DNA of 64,000 nucleotides from Puccinia triticina (lineage: Eukaryota), in assembly GCA_026914245.1 (NCBI GenBank), contig CP110439.1:3596001-3660000 (forward strand), written 5' to 3'. Made by a program: the position numbers and the translations under genes. This document shows positions 10,639 through 22,846 of the stretch, piece after piece (positions within the stretch are counted from its first letter, which is position 1; every line of letters begins with the position of its first letter). The notes beneath the pieces are model-generated. The model was not told the origin of the DNA. It made no database searches and was given only the letters and a program-made list of their open reading frames with translations.

Positions 10639-13181
10639 CTCCAGCGCTCCTTTGGCTTTTAGCCAAAGAAAAATCATTTTTCTTTGGATAAGAGCCAAAG
10701 AATTATAGTGCCACAGGTGACCGGGAGGGACTAATCCCGGCCAACTGTTGTATGTTGCTGTCAACTGGGAGGGACTCCCCCCAATTGACAGAATGGCCTT
10801 ATATGGCTGCCGACCGCCGCAGCTCCCATATCCTAGGGGGAGCGGATACCCGTCCAAATACACGGGTACCCGCTGGATTCTGATGGAACATCAGACATCC
10901 ACATCCATTGGCATTCTCGCGGGTATCTGTGCGCTCTAGCCCGTACCCACCAGCGGATAGCGGATACCCGCAGCGTGTTCAAAGTGACAATCTCTAACCA
11001 TACTTACCCAGGACCATGTAATCCGTTACATGGACCACTCTGACAACTTTTCTACCCTTTAAATAAACATCACATCATCAGCTGTACTCATTAAATTGTG
11101 CTATACACATGCCATGCAGTTTCATGCAGGCTTGTGCAGTCTACAGTTGCACAAGGCATGCTACCGTACAGCCTTGCCTGCAAAAAGACATTTGAGACAT
11201 GGGCAGAATGTATGGCCCGTCATTTGAGTTGTATGGCCTTTATATGACATTTTTGAGCTGTTTGGATCATGTAGATTCCAGTTCTAAGTGGGCTATGGTT
11301 TCTGACCAGCCAAAAAAAAGTTTCATTTTTTTTGGGTCTGATATCACGGACATTGGCCTAACTACATACTGTAAAGCCATACATATCAGCTTACATATGC
11401 TAAACACATATGTATGGGTGTATTGCACCTATAAGTCCATAGATATTGCACCTCCAATTAACATTGGACCCACCGGAGCAACATCAGAGCACCTCCAATG
11501 GGCCTGAGGTGACCCAGCTGGGCAATTTGGGGCCCTCACTGCAAACATGGAGTCTGACATATGTACAGTCACTGGACAGATACATTGGTACCCCCAAAAG
11601 CTCATTCCAGAAGGCCAACCCACAAAGTTGAAGTCATGAGAATTCAAGAATGAGTGGGTAAAATGACTTCAGAAGAATGAATACAACAAAATAAAAAGTA
11701 TTTGGAACATCACAAATGTTTACAAAATTGCTTGCATTAAATGACAATTTTGGAAAATCTTCAATACCATTCCAAAAAAATAATGAATAATCAGAATCAA
11801 TAGATTGACATGTGGAATGAATGATAATAAATGAAAAAACAAAGTCCAAAACCCATTCTGAAATTTTGTGGGCAGTGAAAACACACCAAACACTGGTTTT
11901 TTGTTGGCTGTAGTGCAATTTTGAATTTTTGATGTGTTTTCACTGCCCACAAAATTTCAGAATGGATTTTGACTTTGTTTTTTTCATTTATTATCATTCA
12001 TTTCACATGTCAATCTGTTGATTCTGATTATTCATTATTTTTTTGGGATGGTATTGAAGATTTTCCAAAATTTTCATTTAATGCAAGCAATTTTGTAAAT
12101 TTTGTGATGTTCCAAATACTTTTTATTTTGTTGTATTCATTCTTCTGAAGTCATTTTACCCACTCATTCTTGAATTCTCATGACTTCAACTTTGTGGGTT
12201 GGCCTTCTGGAATGAGCTTTTGGGGGTACCAATGTATCTGTCCAGTGACTGTACATATGTCAGACTCCATGTTTGCAGTGAGGGCCCCAAATTGCCCAGC
12301 TGGGTCACCTCAGGCCCATTGGAGGTGCTCTGATGTTGCTCCGGTGGGTCCAATGTTAATTGGAGGTGCAATATCTATGGACTTATAGGTGCAATACACC
12401 CATACATATGTGTTTAGCATATGTAAGCTGATATGTATGGCTTTACAGTATGTAGTTAGGCCAATGTCCGTGATATCAGACCCAAAAAAAATGAAACTTT
12501 TTTTTGGCTGGTCAGAAACCATAGCCCACTTAGAACTGGAATCTACATGATCCAAACAGCTCAAAAATGTCATATAAAGGCCATACAACTCAAATGACGG
12601 GCCATACATTCTGCCCATGTCTCAAATGTCTTTTTGCAGGCAAGGCTGTACGGTAGCATGCCTTGTGCAACTGTAGACTGCACAAGCCTGCATGAAACTG
12701 CATGGCATGTGTATAGCACAATTTAATGAGTACAGCTGATGATGTGATGTTTATTTAAAGGGTAGAAAAGTTGTCAGAGTGGTCCATGTAACGGATTACA
12801 TGGTCCTGGGTAAGTATGGTTAGAGATTGTCACTTTGAACACGCTGCGGGTATCCGCTATCCGCTGGTGGGTACGGGCTAGAGCGCACAGATACCCGCGA
12901 GAATGCCAATGGATGTGGATGTCTGATGTTCCATCAGAATCCAGCGGGTACCCGTGTATTTGGACGGGTATCCGCTCACCCTAGGATATGGGAGCTGCGG
13001 CGGTCGGCAGCCATATAAGGCCATTCTGTCAATTGGGAGGAGTCCCTCCCAGTTGACAGCAACATACAACAGTTGGCCGGGATTAGTCCCTCCCGGTCAC
13101 CTGTGGCACTATAATTCTTTGGCTCTTATCCAAAGAAAAATGTGCATTTTTCTTTGGCTAAAAGCCAAAGGAGCGCTGGAG
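10639..13181. repeat. 2.5-kb near-perfect palindrome (arms ~1.25 kb, spacer ~37 bp)
   Basis: Mirror ORF pairs 11199-11507(+)/12310-12618(-) and 10748-10939(+)/12878-13069(-) both sum to 23817; centre ~11908. Confidence 0.97.
11566..12251. mobile_element. Foldback MITE with long TIRs, TA|CAGT...ACTG|TA ends (Tc1/mariner-like)
   Basis: CAGTCACTGGACAG...CTGTCCAGTGACTG flanked by TA. The same end recurs at 10560-10638 and, inverted, at ~52766-52915. Confidence 0.7.
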
Positions 13182-14932
13182 CTGGCTGGGCTGGCGGAGC
13201 TGAGTTCATAGGAACCTGGCCACAAAACCTGGGCAGCGCAATCAATGGTTGTTAACCTAGTGGTTTGCAGCACAGCTGCAAACCTCCTTACAGCAAGGTT
13301 GCCAGTTCAATTTCTCCCCCCATGCCCCATTTGGGGGTTAGGGGGCAGGTTATAAGGGGGGGTTTTTGGGGGTTGGGTTTTAGGGGTTAGGGCAGTTTTT
13401 TTTTAAAAAACTTGGCAAGGTGTATAGTACACTGTATTGGATACGTACCGGCAACAGTGGGCCGCTACGCTAAACTACGCTATTTTAGCCCTAATGTTTA
13501 GCGTAGCGGCAAAAAGCGCTGGCATTTTTTGAATAGAGTTAGCGCGCTGTTAGCGCCGCTACGCTGCGCTAATTTTTGTTTGGCGTTAGCGCTACACTAC
13601 AGTCGCTACGCTACGCTACGTTGCGCTATGGCGCTTTTAGGGGAAAAAAGGCCTTTTTTCCCTCAAAAAGCGCTGTAGCGCAGCGTAGCGAACACTCTTT
13701 TGCGCCCTGCGTGCTTAGCGTTAGCACCATTGCGCGAATCTGCGCTAACGCTACGCTAGAAGCTAAAATAGCTTTGCACCCTGTGTGTGTAGCGTTAGCA
13801 CAGATGCGCGCAATTGCGCTAACACTACGCTAAAAAATAGCGCATTTGCGCTGCGCTACGCTACGCTAACAGCTATGGTAGCGTAGCTGACCCACTGTTG
13901 GTACCGGATACGTATTGGTATGTATCAGATATGCATTGGTATGTATTTGTTAGTACACTGTATTGGTATGTATTGGATACGTATTGGTATGTATCAGATA
14001 CACATTGGTATGTATCCAATACGCATTGGTATGTATCGGATATGTATTGGTATGTATCAGATATGTATCGGTATGTATTGGATACATATCAGTATGTATT
14101 TGTATTGGATACAGTGATACATTGTATTGGTATGTATTGGATACACCAATACAATGTATGCCAGCTCATCCAGCACCAGCCAGCGCGCCAGCTCCAGCGC
14201 TAGCCAGCGCACCAGCTCCAGTGGAGCTGGCCCGGACAGCTCCTCTGTCCTTTGGCTTTTAGCCAAAGAAAAATGCATTATTTTCTTTGGCTAATAGCCA
14301 AAGGAAAAAAGGGAAAAAACTCCTCCCGGTCAACAGTCATATGGAGCAGTCAACCAGGAGAAATCCCTCTTGGTTGACAACTAGACATACCAGTCAACCG
14401 GGAGGAATCCCTCCTGGTCAACAACTATACACACCAGTCAACCGGGAGGAATCCCTCCCGGTGGACAACTATACACACCAGTCAACTGGGAGGAATCCCT
14501 TCCGGTTGACAACTAGACATGCCAGTTGACCAGGAGAAATCCCTCCCAGTCAACAGTCATATCAAGCATTAGGAGTCCCTCCCAGTCAACAGCCATATTG
14601 AGCAGTCAACTGGGAGGCGTCCCTCCTGGACAACAGCATTATACAGCAGTCAACCAGGAGAAGTCTCTCCCAGTCAACAGCCATATTGAGCAGTCAACCA
14701 GGAGGAGTCCCTCCTGGTTGACAGCCATATGGAGCAGTTGGCCAGGAGAAGTGCCTCCCAGTTGACTGACATATGCAGCAGTCAACCGGTGAGCACATTT
14801 TGAGGGGCGGGTATCCGCCCAGGAGAGCGGGTACCTGCTGTTGGATGCGGATGCAGGTGTTGGGATATGGGTTAAAAATGCTGCGGGTATCCAAACATGC
14901 GCAGGTACCCAGATGCAAAGTGACCATCTCTA
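12821..14932. mobile_element. Non-autonomous hAT element with internal minisatellites
   Basis: TIR TAGAGATTGTCACTTTG...CAAAGTGACCATCTCTA; 8-bp TSD AGTATGGT/AGTGTGGT; GTATTGGTAT array (~13900-14160) and CAGTCAACCGGGAGG array (~14320-14790). Confidence 0.88.
13452..13900. mobile_element. MITE with 7-bp TSD (P-superfamily-like)
   Basis: TIR CAACAGTGGG...CCCACTGTTG; TSD GTACCGG on both sides; empty site in the paralogous copy near 56180; internal GCTAC/GTAGC repeats. Confidence 0.85.
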
Positions 14933-15629
14933 AGTGTGGTTCATGTAACAGATTACATGACCTGAGTAGGGTGTTTGTGTGTATGTGACTGACTGATTGT
15001 GTCTTGAAGGGGTTGTAGCTTCTGATCCAGAGGGGTGCAAGGTGTGTTGTCCATATTTTCATGTGTAGTTTTGGTTGTAGAATCCAGTGGTGCCACTGTA
15101 TTGGGTGATTTATGAGTGTACATATGAGAAAAAAGGAAATTTTGAAATGGGCTAGATGGGTAACCATAAAGCATACCACAGCGGCATGCCTCTCTGGCAA
15201 GCAGCAAATCCCTTTGAGTCTCCCTATAGCTTAGATGTAGCTCCTTGATCAATCAATTGGCATCAGTTCATTGCATGCTGAAGTAACATCTATTTTTTAC
15301 TCACAGGATCTTCAATCCTCTCTGCCCCAACTGTGGGGCCAGCCGCCAGGGAGATGGTATACAGTGGTATACCCCTTCATGAAATTCTACCTGCATGCAA
15401 GAAGACAACAAGTGAGTCCTTGACAACTCAAGATCAACTTGACAAGTTCCTTGGCAATTGGAAAGCGGAGATAGCATTGTTCTGTTTTCTGCTTGAAAAA
15501 AAACTGATTCGCCAAGTTTCTCTTGTGATGAAAGCCTGGAGCAGCAGAACACATTTAGGGATTTTGTGGAAGGATGAGTGTCATTGCATCAGCAAAACAA
15601 AGGAAAGAGGAAAATGAGAAAAACAAGAG

Positions 15630-15876
15630 CACTGCAAAAAAAACTGTGTCAACTGTGAGCAGTTGACATGCGGTAACTCTGAGGAAGCTTGTGGTGTTAC
15701 ACCAGCCTTACTCAAGGTTTGATTCAACCCAAGCTTTCATGCACAGTCACTGTGCACCTTGCACAGTGACTGTGCCAACAAAGACACTTGTGCATTCAGG
15801 TGGAGTTACAATGGCAGCTTGGCTTGAGTATCCTGCATGTCAACTGCAAGCAGTTGACCAAGTTTTTTTTGCAGTG
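15630..15876. mobile_element. CACTA/EnSpm-type MITE
   Basis: TIR CACTGCAAAAAAAACT...AGTTTTTTTTGCAGTG; 3-bp TSD GAG. Confidence 0.85.
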
Positions 15877-16465
15877 GAGAGAGAAAGAAACTCACCTGGA
15901 GCCGCAGAACACAGCGTGGAAGTTTGTGGAAGGATGAGGAATAGCCTTCCACACCTGCAGCTCCAGGTGACCACAACACAAGATGTCACAGGATGTGATA
16001 TGTGCTAGACATGTGGTTTGGGGCAGAAGCAGAGAAGAAAACAAAACAACAGTATCTACGACAATAATGTGTTTTTTCTCAAGCAGATGCTATCATTTTA
16101 TCTCAATTTCTTTCCATCTCACTAGCACTTTAGGTAGGTGTGTTTCTTTATTTTCACAAAGATGCTAGATCATTTGCATCTGTTCACTTAATGTCCAGGT
16201 CAAGTAAGCACAGGTTTGCGGGCAGGTTAGCTGACCAAGGTATTTTGAGTGGGCAGAAACATTTGTTGGGTCAGCTTCAGGCTAATAGATGTCAGAAATG
16301 CCCTAGCCTGAGGCTAAATCTCAGGTTTAGGCTAGCTAAATTTAGCAAGCCTGAGGTTTGTTGAGGGTTAGCCCAGACTGATATGATTGCTGGCCAGGTT
16401 AAGTTCCCCAAAATTGTCAACTTAACCCAAAAAGTGCAAATGCTTGCACAGATTCACAGTGTGAG

Positions 16466-17602
16466 CGAACTTAGCACAAGTCCCTCGCCTGCCGGGGGGC
16501 AGGGGCGCGAAGCGCCTCGCACAAAGTGCGACCTCCCTTCAGGGAGGGACTTGCATGCAATCCACGATTCCTGGCGTGAGAACCCCGCGTGCAGTTTGTG
16601 TTTTTTGCAGGTGGCCAACTTTGTGCCCCCAAATCCCCCACTTCCCAGAGGGCATGTTGCCCGCCTCTTGAACCGGTGAAAGACCTGCATCTCCTCTTCA
16701 AATTGGTGGTAGGCCTGCCACCATTGCCCTCCTCCCATGAGCTGGAGATTGGCTCAAAGGAGCTCACTTTCCGAGAATCCTTTGAGATGACTAATAGAGT
16801 TGTACAGTTCTGTACAGTAAATCTCACTCCCTACACGGCCACTTTTCCTCCATGATTGGAAATTTCAACCGGGAGGATCAGGCCTTATATTGGGAGCTAC
16901 AAGGCTCAAATTGCATCAAAAGAAGCGCAATGCCGAGCACTCCTTAAGTCCCGAGGGGCAACTTCAACAGATGAATGGTTGATTTTTAAAAAAGGAAAAT
17001 GTGAAAAAAAGCCTAATACAGGCGGATATTCCTGGGGCTCTCAGGCCAGGTACAGGTTTTTCCAGGTAAGCCTCTCTGCAAGGGTGAAAGCGCTGCGCTT
17101 CAAAAAGCGCAGCGCAGCGGTTTTGGTGGCCGCTGCGCTGCGCTGAAAGTAGCGGGCCCGCCCGCTGCGCTACCGCTTTTTGGGTCTGGCAAGAAGCAGG
17201 GACCCGCTACTTTCAGCGGTAGCGCAGCAGAACCATTGCTGCGCTACTGCTTTTTGAGCTGGCCGCGTAGCGCTCCCCCGCTGCCAGCCAAAAAAGCGCA
17301 GCGCAGCGCAAAGCGCAGCTGTTTTGGTGGCCGCTGCGCGGCACTGAAAGGAGTGGCCCCGCCCGCTGCGCTACTGCTTTTTGGGTCGGGAAAAAAGCGG
17401 GAACCCGCTATTTTCAGCGGTAGCGCTGCGGGACTGGCGCTGCGCTACCGCTTTTTGGGCTGACCGCGCAGCGGTTCCCCGCTGCGCTGCGCTAAAAGAC
17501 CGCTTTTTTGTAGCGCAGCGCAGCATTTCAGCCTTGCTCTCTGTGAGACAGAGACCCTGCGGGGCTGCCCCTTTGGGGCTCTCACAGGCTTTGTTAAGCT
17601 CA
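16466..17602. mobile_element. Non-autonomous AcademH-type element
   Basis: Ends CGAACTTAGC...GTTAAGCTCA; 9-bp TSD CAGTGTGAG (16457-16465/17603-17611); right end matches, inverted, the AcademH left end at 58530. Confidence 0.82.
17079..17536. mobile_element. MITE with 7-bp TSD (P-superfamily-like), nested in the AcademH derivative
   Basis: TIR CAAGGGTGAAA...TTTCAGCCTTG; TSD CTCTCTG; internal GCGCAGCG repeats. Confidence 0.85.
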
Positions 17603-17612
17603 CAGTGTGAGG

Positions 17613-18192
17613 CGAACTTAACACAAGTCCCTCCCTGTGCTCGCGGGGCGCGAGCACCCTCCCGCTTGCGGGAGGGACTTGTGCCTAATGTCCGATATTT
17701 GGCCTGAGGCTGCCCAGCCAAACATCTAAAAATTCCTTATATCCCCCATATCACCGTATACCCATTGGATTTCTTCACAGCCTCTGGCATCATTAGAATC
17801 AGATTTTCTTTCTACATATTCTGGTGTGTTTAACACAACACCTACCCCCATCCCTTGAAAAAAAAATTGTTGTAAAAGCATGGCTTGCGAGGCCTTGCAA
17901 GGCTGAAACCGTGAGAAAGTGTCTGTACTTGACCTGCAAATGGCCCGGCGGGTCTGTCACATTGCTCAGAAAATGCCCTTACAAGAATGGCTGCTGAGCG
18001 GCCAGTTCTTGATGAATTTACTTGAAAAAACATGTACAAGACAGCTGAGATCAAGGGCTAGACATGGCCAACTGGGATTTGGATTATGAGGTGATACCAA
18101 GTTGTAGAAGAGTTGTAAATACAAAATCACACATTTTCATTGAAAAAACCCGTCAGCCTCAGGCCAAATATGGGACATTAGCCCTAAGCTCG
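17613..18192. mobile_element. Non-autonomous AcademH-type element
   Basis: Ends CGAACTTAAC...CTAAGCTCG; perfect 9-bp TSD AGTGTGAGG; ~30-bp subterminal inverted repeat; related to 36200-36818. Confidence 0.85.
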
Positions 18193-18398
18193 AGTGTGAG
18201 GCGCAATTTCATTTTATAAAATGATGCAAGCCAATGGGAGTATTTGACAGGTTGAGCTGTAGAGAGATCAAAACAAGTTAACCCCTGGGGGCTCAGAAAT
18301 TCCCCAACAACCCCGCAGGGTGATGGAAGCATTTGGTAATAGTTTGCAACCAGCAATTTGATTATCCTCAGTATACACTTCACTGGATTAATCACTTG

Positions 18399-19801
18399 CA
18401 CCACCCGCAAATGGGTGTGGTTTCCTCCGCAGCCACACCCAGTGGTTTTCGCGCGGAACTCGCGCGGCCCCCCGAAAACTCGTGCGGCCCCCGGACCCCC
18501 TAGCTGCATATCATTCGGGGTGCTTGTGGGGCCGACCGGTCATCAAGGCATACACCTCGATGACCGTCTCAATCGAACGGTCATCAAGGTGTATGCTTTG
18601 ATGACCGGTCGGCTCTTGATGACCGGAGCCGGCCGGTCATCAAGGCATACACCTCGATGACCGTCTCAATTGAACGGTCATCAAGGTTTGATGACCGGTC
18701 GGCTCCGGTCATCAAGGACCTCGATGACCGGAGCCGGCCGGTCATCTGAATACCACACCTCGATGACCGTCTCAATTGAACGGTCATCAAGGTGTATGCC
18801 TTGATGACCGGTCGGCTCCGGTTATCAAGGACCTCAATGACCTCAATGACCGGAGCCGGCCGGTCATCTGGATACCACACCTCGATGACCGTTCTCGATG
18901 ACCGTCTCAATTGAACGGTCATCAAGGTGTATGCGTTGAAGACCGGTCGGCTCCAGTCATCAAGGTACCTAAATATGTACCTCAAGGGCCAGCCAGCTGG
19001 CCGGTCATCGCGGTGTATTGATGACCGGAGCTGACAGTTCATCAACGCATACACCTCGATGGGTGTGGTATCCAGATGTCCAGCTGGCTCCGGTCATTGA
19101 GGTCCTTGATGACCGGAGCCGACCGGTCATCAAGGCATAAACCTCGATGACCGTCCCATTGAGACGGTCATCGAGGTGTGGTATTCAGATGACTGGCCGG
19201 CTCTGGTCATTGAGGTCCTTGATGACCGGAGCCGACCGGCCATCAAGGCATACACCTCGATGACCGTTCAATTGAGACGGTCATCAAGGTGTGGTATCCA
19301 GATGACCGGCCGGCTCCGGTAATTGAGGTCATTGAGGTCCTTGATGACCGGAGCCGACCGGTCATCAAGGACCTCAATGACCGGAGCCGGCCAGTCATCT
19401 GAATACCACACCTCGATGACCGTTCAATTGAGATGGTCATTGAAGTATACAGATGACCGGCCGGCTCCGGTCATCGAGGTTTATGCCTTGATGATCGGTC
19501 GGCTCCGGTCATCAAGGTACTATGTACCTCAATGACCAGCCAGCTGGCCGGTCATCGAGGTTTATGTATAGCTCGATGACCGTTCAGATGGTCATTGAGG
19601 TACATTTATAGAACCTCAATGACCAGCCAGCTCGCCGGTCATCGAGATTTATGCTGATGACCGGTCGGCCCCATAAGGACCCCGAATGATATGCAGCTAG
19701 GGGGTCCGGGGGCCGCACGAGTTTTCGGGGGGCCGCGCGAGTTCCGCAGGAAAACCACTGGGTGTGGCTGCGGAGAAAACCACACCCGTTTGCGGGTGGT
19801 G
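18399..19801. mobile_element. Non-autonomous CACTA/EnSpm-type element with palindromic minisatellite core
   Basis: Long TIRs CACCACCCGCAAA...TTTGCGGGTGGTG; 3-bp TSD TTG; interior built from GATGACCGG/CCGGTCATC units. Confidence 0.85.
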
Positions 19802-19812
19802 TTGCCCGAGCA

Positions 19813-22631
19813 TAGGGATGTAAACGGGTTGGGTTCGGGTCGGAAAATGGTGCCCAAACCGACCCGACGTGAGCACCGGGTTGGGTCGGGTCGGGACAAA
19901 ACTGCAAATGTACTGCCCAAACCCAAACCCATTAATGAAGAGTCGGGTCCGGGTCGGGTCCGGGTCGGGTCTCGGGCCGACCCGACTTTTTTGCTGACCC
20001 GATCTCACAAATGAGAATTAGACTGTAAATTTTCATAGAGAAAGAAAAACAATAGACTAGTATTGTGTATAGTAGCTGGGTTTATTTTTGTAGAATTTAA
20101 AGAGATGAAATCAAGGAAGTATTTAGTTATTAATCAATTTCCTCCACCTTGGTATCAGGGTCAGGGTATAGACCCTCCTTGCAGCGGATCCAATCTTGCG
20201 CACAAATGAGGGCCTCGAGTGTTTCTGGCTTCAACCTGGTTCGATAGTCGCAGAGTACTCTCCCGCCGGTTGAGAATGCAGACTCGGAAGCGATCGATGT
20301 CATTGGGACCATTAATAACAATCTAGCAAGCTTGGCGAGATTCGGAAATCTGCCAGAGTGGGTGCTCCACCAGGCAAGAATCGAGAAATTCCGAGAATCG
20401 TTCACAACCGGGGGTTCTTGAAGGTAGAGGTCAAGCTCAGTGGTTGTTGATACCACTTGGGCGGAGTGCATTGCAGAAACATATTTTTTGAAACGCAAGT
20501 CAACATCGTCGTCATCTTGAGTCAAAGTTAGCTTATCAACTCGGGCTTGATTCGTATCTGCGGATTGTCCGTCCCCATGTGGCTTCGTTTTCTTTGATAA
20601 GATTTCGCTAAACCAGGTCAAGAGGGTCTTTTTGATAGAATTGATACTACTTTCTGCTTCATCGGTACCGAGCTCGTCAGCGAGAAGGAATTCTATCATA
20701 GCCAGTTTACAGCGGGGATCAAAAACAAGGTTGATTGCGGCAAAATCCTTCATTTTTTCCCAGTACTTGTCAAATTTCTCTCTCATCAGATTGATTAGGT
20801 TGATAAGGTCTGCTTGGCCGTTGTTCAAACTTGATTTGAGCTGCGCATCGATCTTTTTCATGTATTTATAAACCGCAGGAGCCGTTGGATATTTGGTCAT
20901 AGCGAGTTTATTTGTGGCTACAAAGTGGGTAGTAAAACAGAAGGACCTTTTAGAATATGATTTGGAAAGTCATTGAAATAAAATCTAACTGGAAAATAAT
21001 CCTCACCAGAATTAAATATGGCCAAAAAGTCCTTCATAGTCAATATTTCCTGCCACTCGGTGGGGGTCGGGCAGTCGGTGAAGTTGGCATCTTGCAAGGC
21101 CAAGGTATCGAATGCATCTTTGTAAGGAATAGCTGATTTCAACATCAGATAAGTCGAGTTCCAGCGGGTCGGAACGTCGAGCGAGGGGAGGGCTTGTACT
21201 CCTTCTATGCTAGCTAGCTCGATGGCCTCCCTGAAGAGCTGCTTGCGAGAAGGAGTACTTCTAGCATATCGAACGGCATCCCGAATCTTGTTGATGGAAT
21301 AGGAGACGTGCTTGAGGCCGTCCTTCACAATCAGATTGATTACATGAGCAGCACAACGGACATGGAAAAATTGTCCATTCATATTGGGTGGATCACTGCT
21401 TCGATCTTTCAGAACAGAGCAGACTCGAGCTAGGCCGACATCATTTGCGAGCGCATTGTCCACGGTTATAAAGCCAACCTTATTGAATATCTTCCATTCG
21501 GCGATAGTGGTAAGCAACTGCTCAGCAATGGCTAGACCAGTATGAGGAGTTGGAAAATGCTTAAATGAAAGTATTCTTTTGTTGAGGTTCCAGTTGGAGT
21601 CGATGAAATGAGAAGTGATCACCATGAAAGGTGTCTGGTTGGATGATGTCCAGACATCAGTTGTCAAGGCCATACGATCAACGTCTTGAATATCGATCAT
21701 GAGTTGGGTTTTCATTGAATTATAGAGATTGATGATCTCGGTTTTGGCGGTACCACGGCTAAGGAGTTTGAATCTTGGTTGCAACGAGTTAACAAATGCT
21801 CAGAAGAGGGGCTGCTCGACTAGAGTGAAAGGATGTTCATGCGCGATAATCATTTGCATCAATATTTCTCAAGATTTCTCCGGGGAAAAGTTCCAAGTTG
21901 ATGACGACAACGACCCGTCCGCAAGTTTCAGCAAAGATTGCTTGCTCGATGTTGCAAAGGAGGTACATCGCTCTAGGTGGCGCCAAAGGTGTTTGGTTCC
22001 GTTCGAGCTTTTCCCATCCAACTGAGCTTGACAATAAACACAGGCTGCCTTCACGCCATTTGCTGGGGTAATAATAATTCAATGAAATTAGTATTCCAGG
22101 AGACCAGGCCGAAAAAAAAACAGAAAAATTTAATTTAACAGACCCTGCACCTTCTTCTGGAAATGCGCCCAGATATCGCTGGTGGCCTTGCGCTTCTTCT
22201 TGGCTTGATCGGAATTGGTAGTGAGATCAAGAACTTGATTTTCCGTTGGGGTTTTCTGGGATTCTGCTGGAGTAGCTACTTCTTTCTGACTGATGGGGGC
22301 AGATTCAGCCACTTCGATATCGGCAGCTTCCGAGGATGCCGATGATTGAACGATTCTGTTTCTTTTCGAGCGCGCCATCGGTGGTTGAGAAGGTACTTGG
22401 TGGTGGGACTGATCTTTAGTCCCACCCAAAGCGTGGTTAGTCGGGTCGCAATCGGGTTCATGGGCCGACCCGAATGGGAAAAACCCTGCCCAAGCCCGAC
22501 CCGAAAATCTAATCGGGTCTCAATGGGTCGGGTCGGATTTTCTAACAGAGGCCTGAAGGCTGCCCAAACCCGACCCAAAAACCATCGGGTCTCGGGTCTT
22601 TGCGGGTCGACCCGACCCATTTATATCCCTA
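19813..22631 (-). mobile_element. Full-length hAT (Ac-like) DNA transposon
   Basis: TIR TAGGGATGTAAACGGG...CCCATTTATATCCCTA; perfect 8-bp TSD CCCGAGCA; subterminal CGGGT/ACCCG repeats; transposase inside. Confidence 0.97.
20130..22378 (-). pseudogene. hAT transposase (BED finger, DDE core, dimerisation domain), two introns, two in-frame TGA stops
   Basis: SDIWAHF..CVYC..HLWRHLERC, LTTDVWTS, TVDNA, RCAAHVINL, TRWNSTY, SESAFSTGG. Introns 22143-22063 and 21006-20918. Stops at 21871-21869 and 21802-21800. Confidence 0.92.
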
Positions 22632-22846
22632 CCCGAGCACAAAGATGCAGGCGCACACGATGCAGGGGTTATATAGCTTTTGAGGTACTGCGAGGGTTCG
22701 AATCCCCGTCTCGCCGCTTTCAAGTTTCTGCGACCCCAACCACGGCACAACCTTCTGGAGGTGATCAGACCATCCTGGCCCAGTTATTGGCATTCAGAAA
22801 CCGGACGAATAATATCATCACCCTCAACGTATCGCTTACCGGTCTA

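Noticed and set aside
13898..14278. ORFs with WYVSDT/CIGMY repeats (also 56038-56541)
   Set aside because: Translations of a GTATTGGTAT minisatellite inside a non-autonomous hAT; open in several frames on both strands.
18530..19670. Repeat arrays resembling CRISPR (also 42680-43760, 53890-54475)
   Set aside because: No unique spacers, units degenerate and contiguous, no cas genes, eukaryotic context, and two of the three lie between identified TIRs.
22346..22846. N-terminal 167 codons of the 253-aa ORF
   Set aside because: Runs through the hAT end; methyltransferase similarity starts only after ATG 22847.
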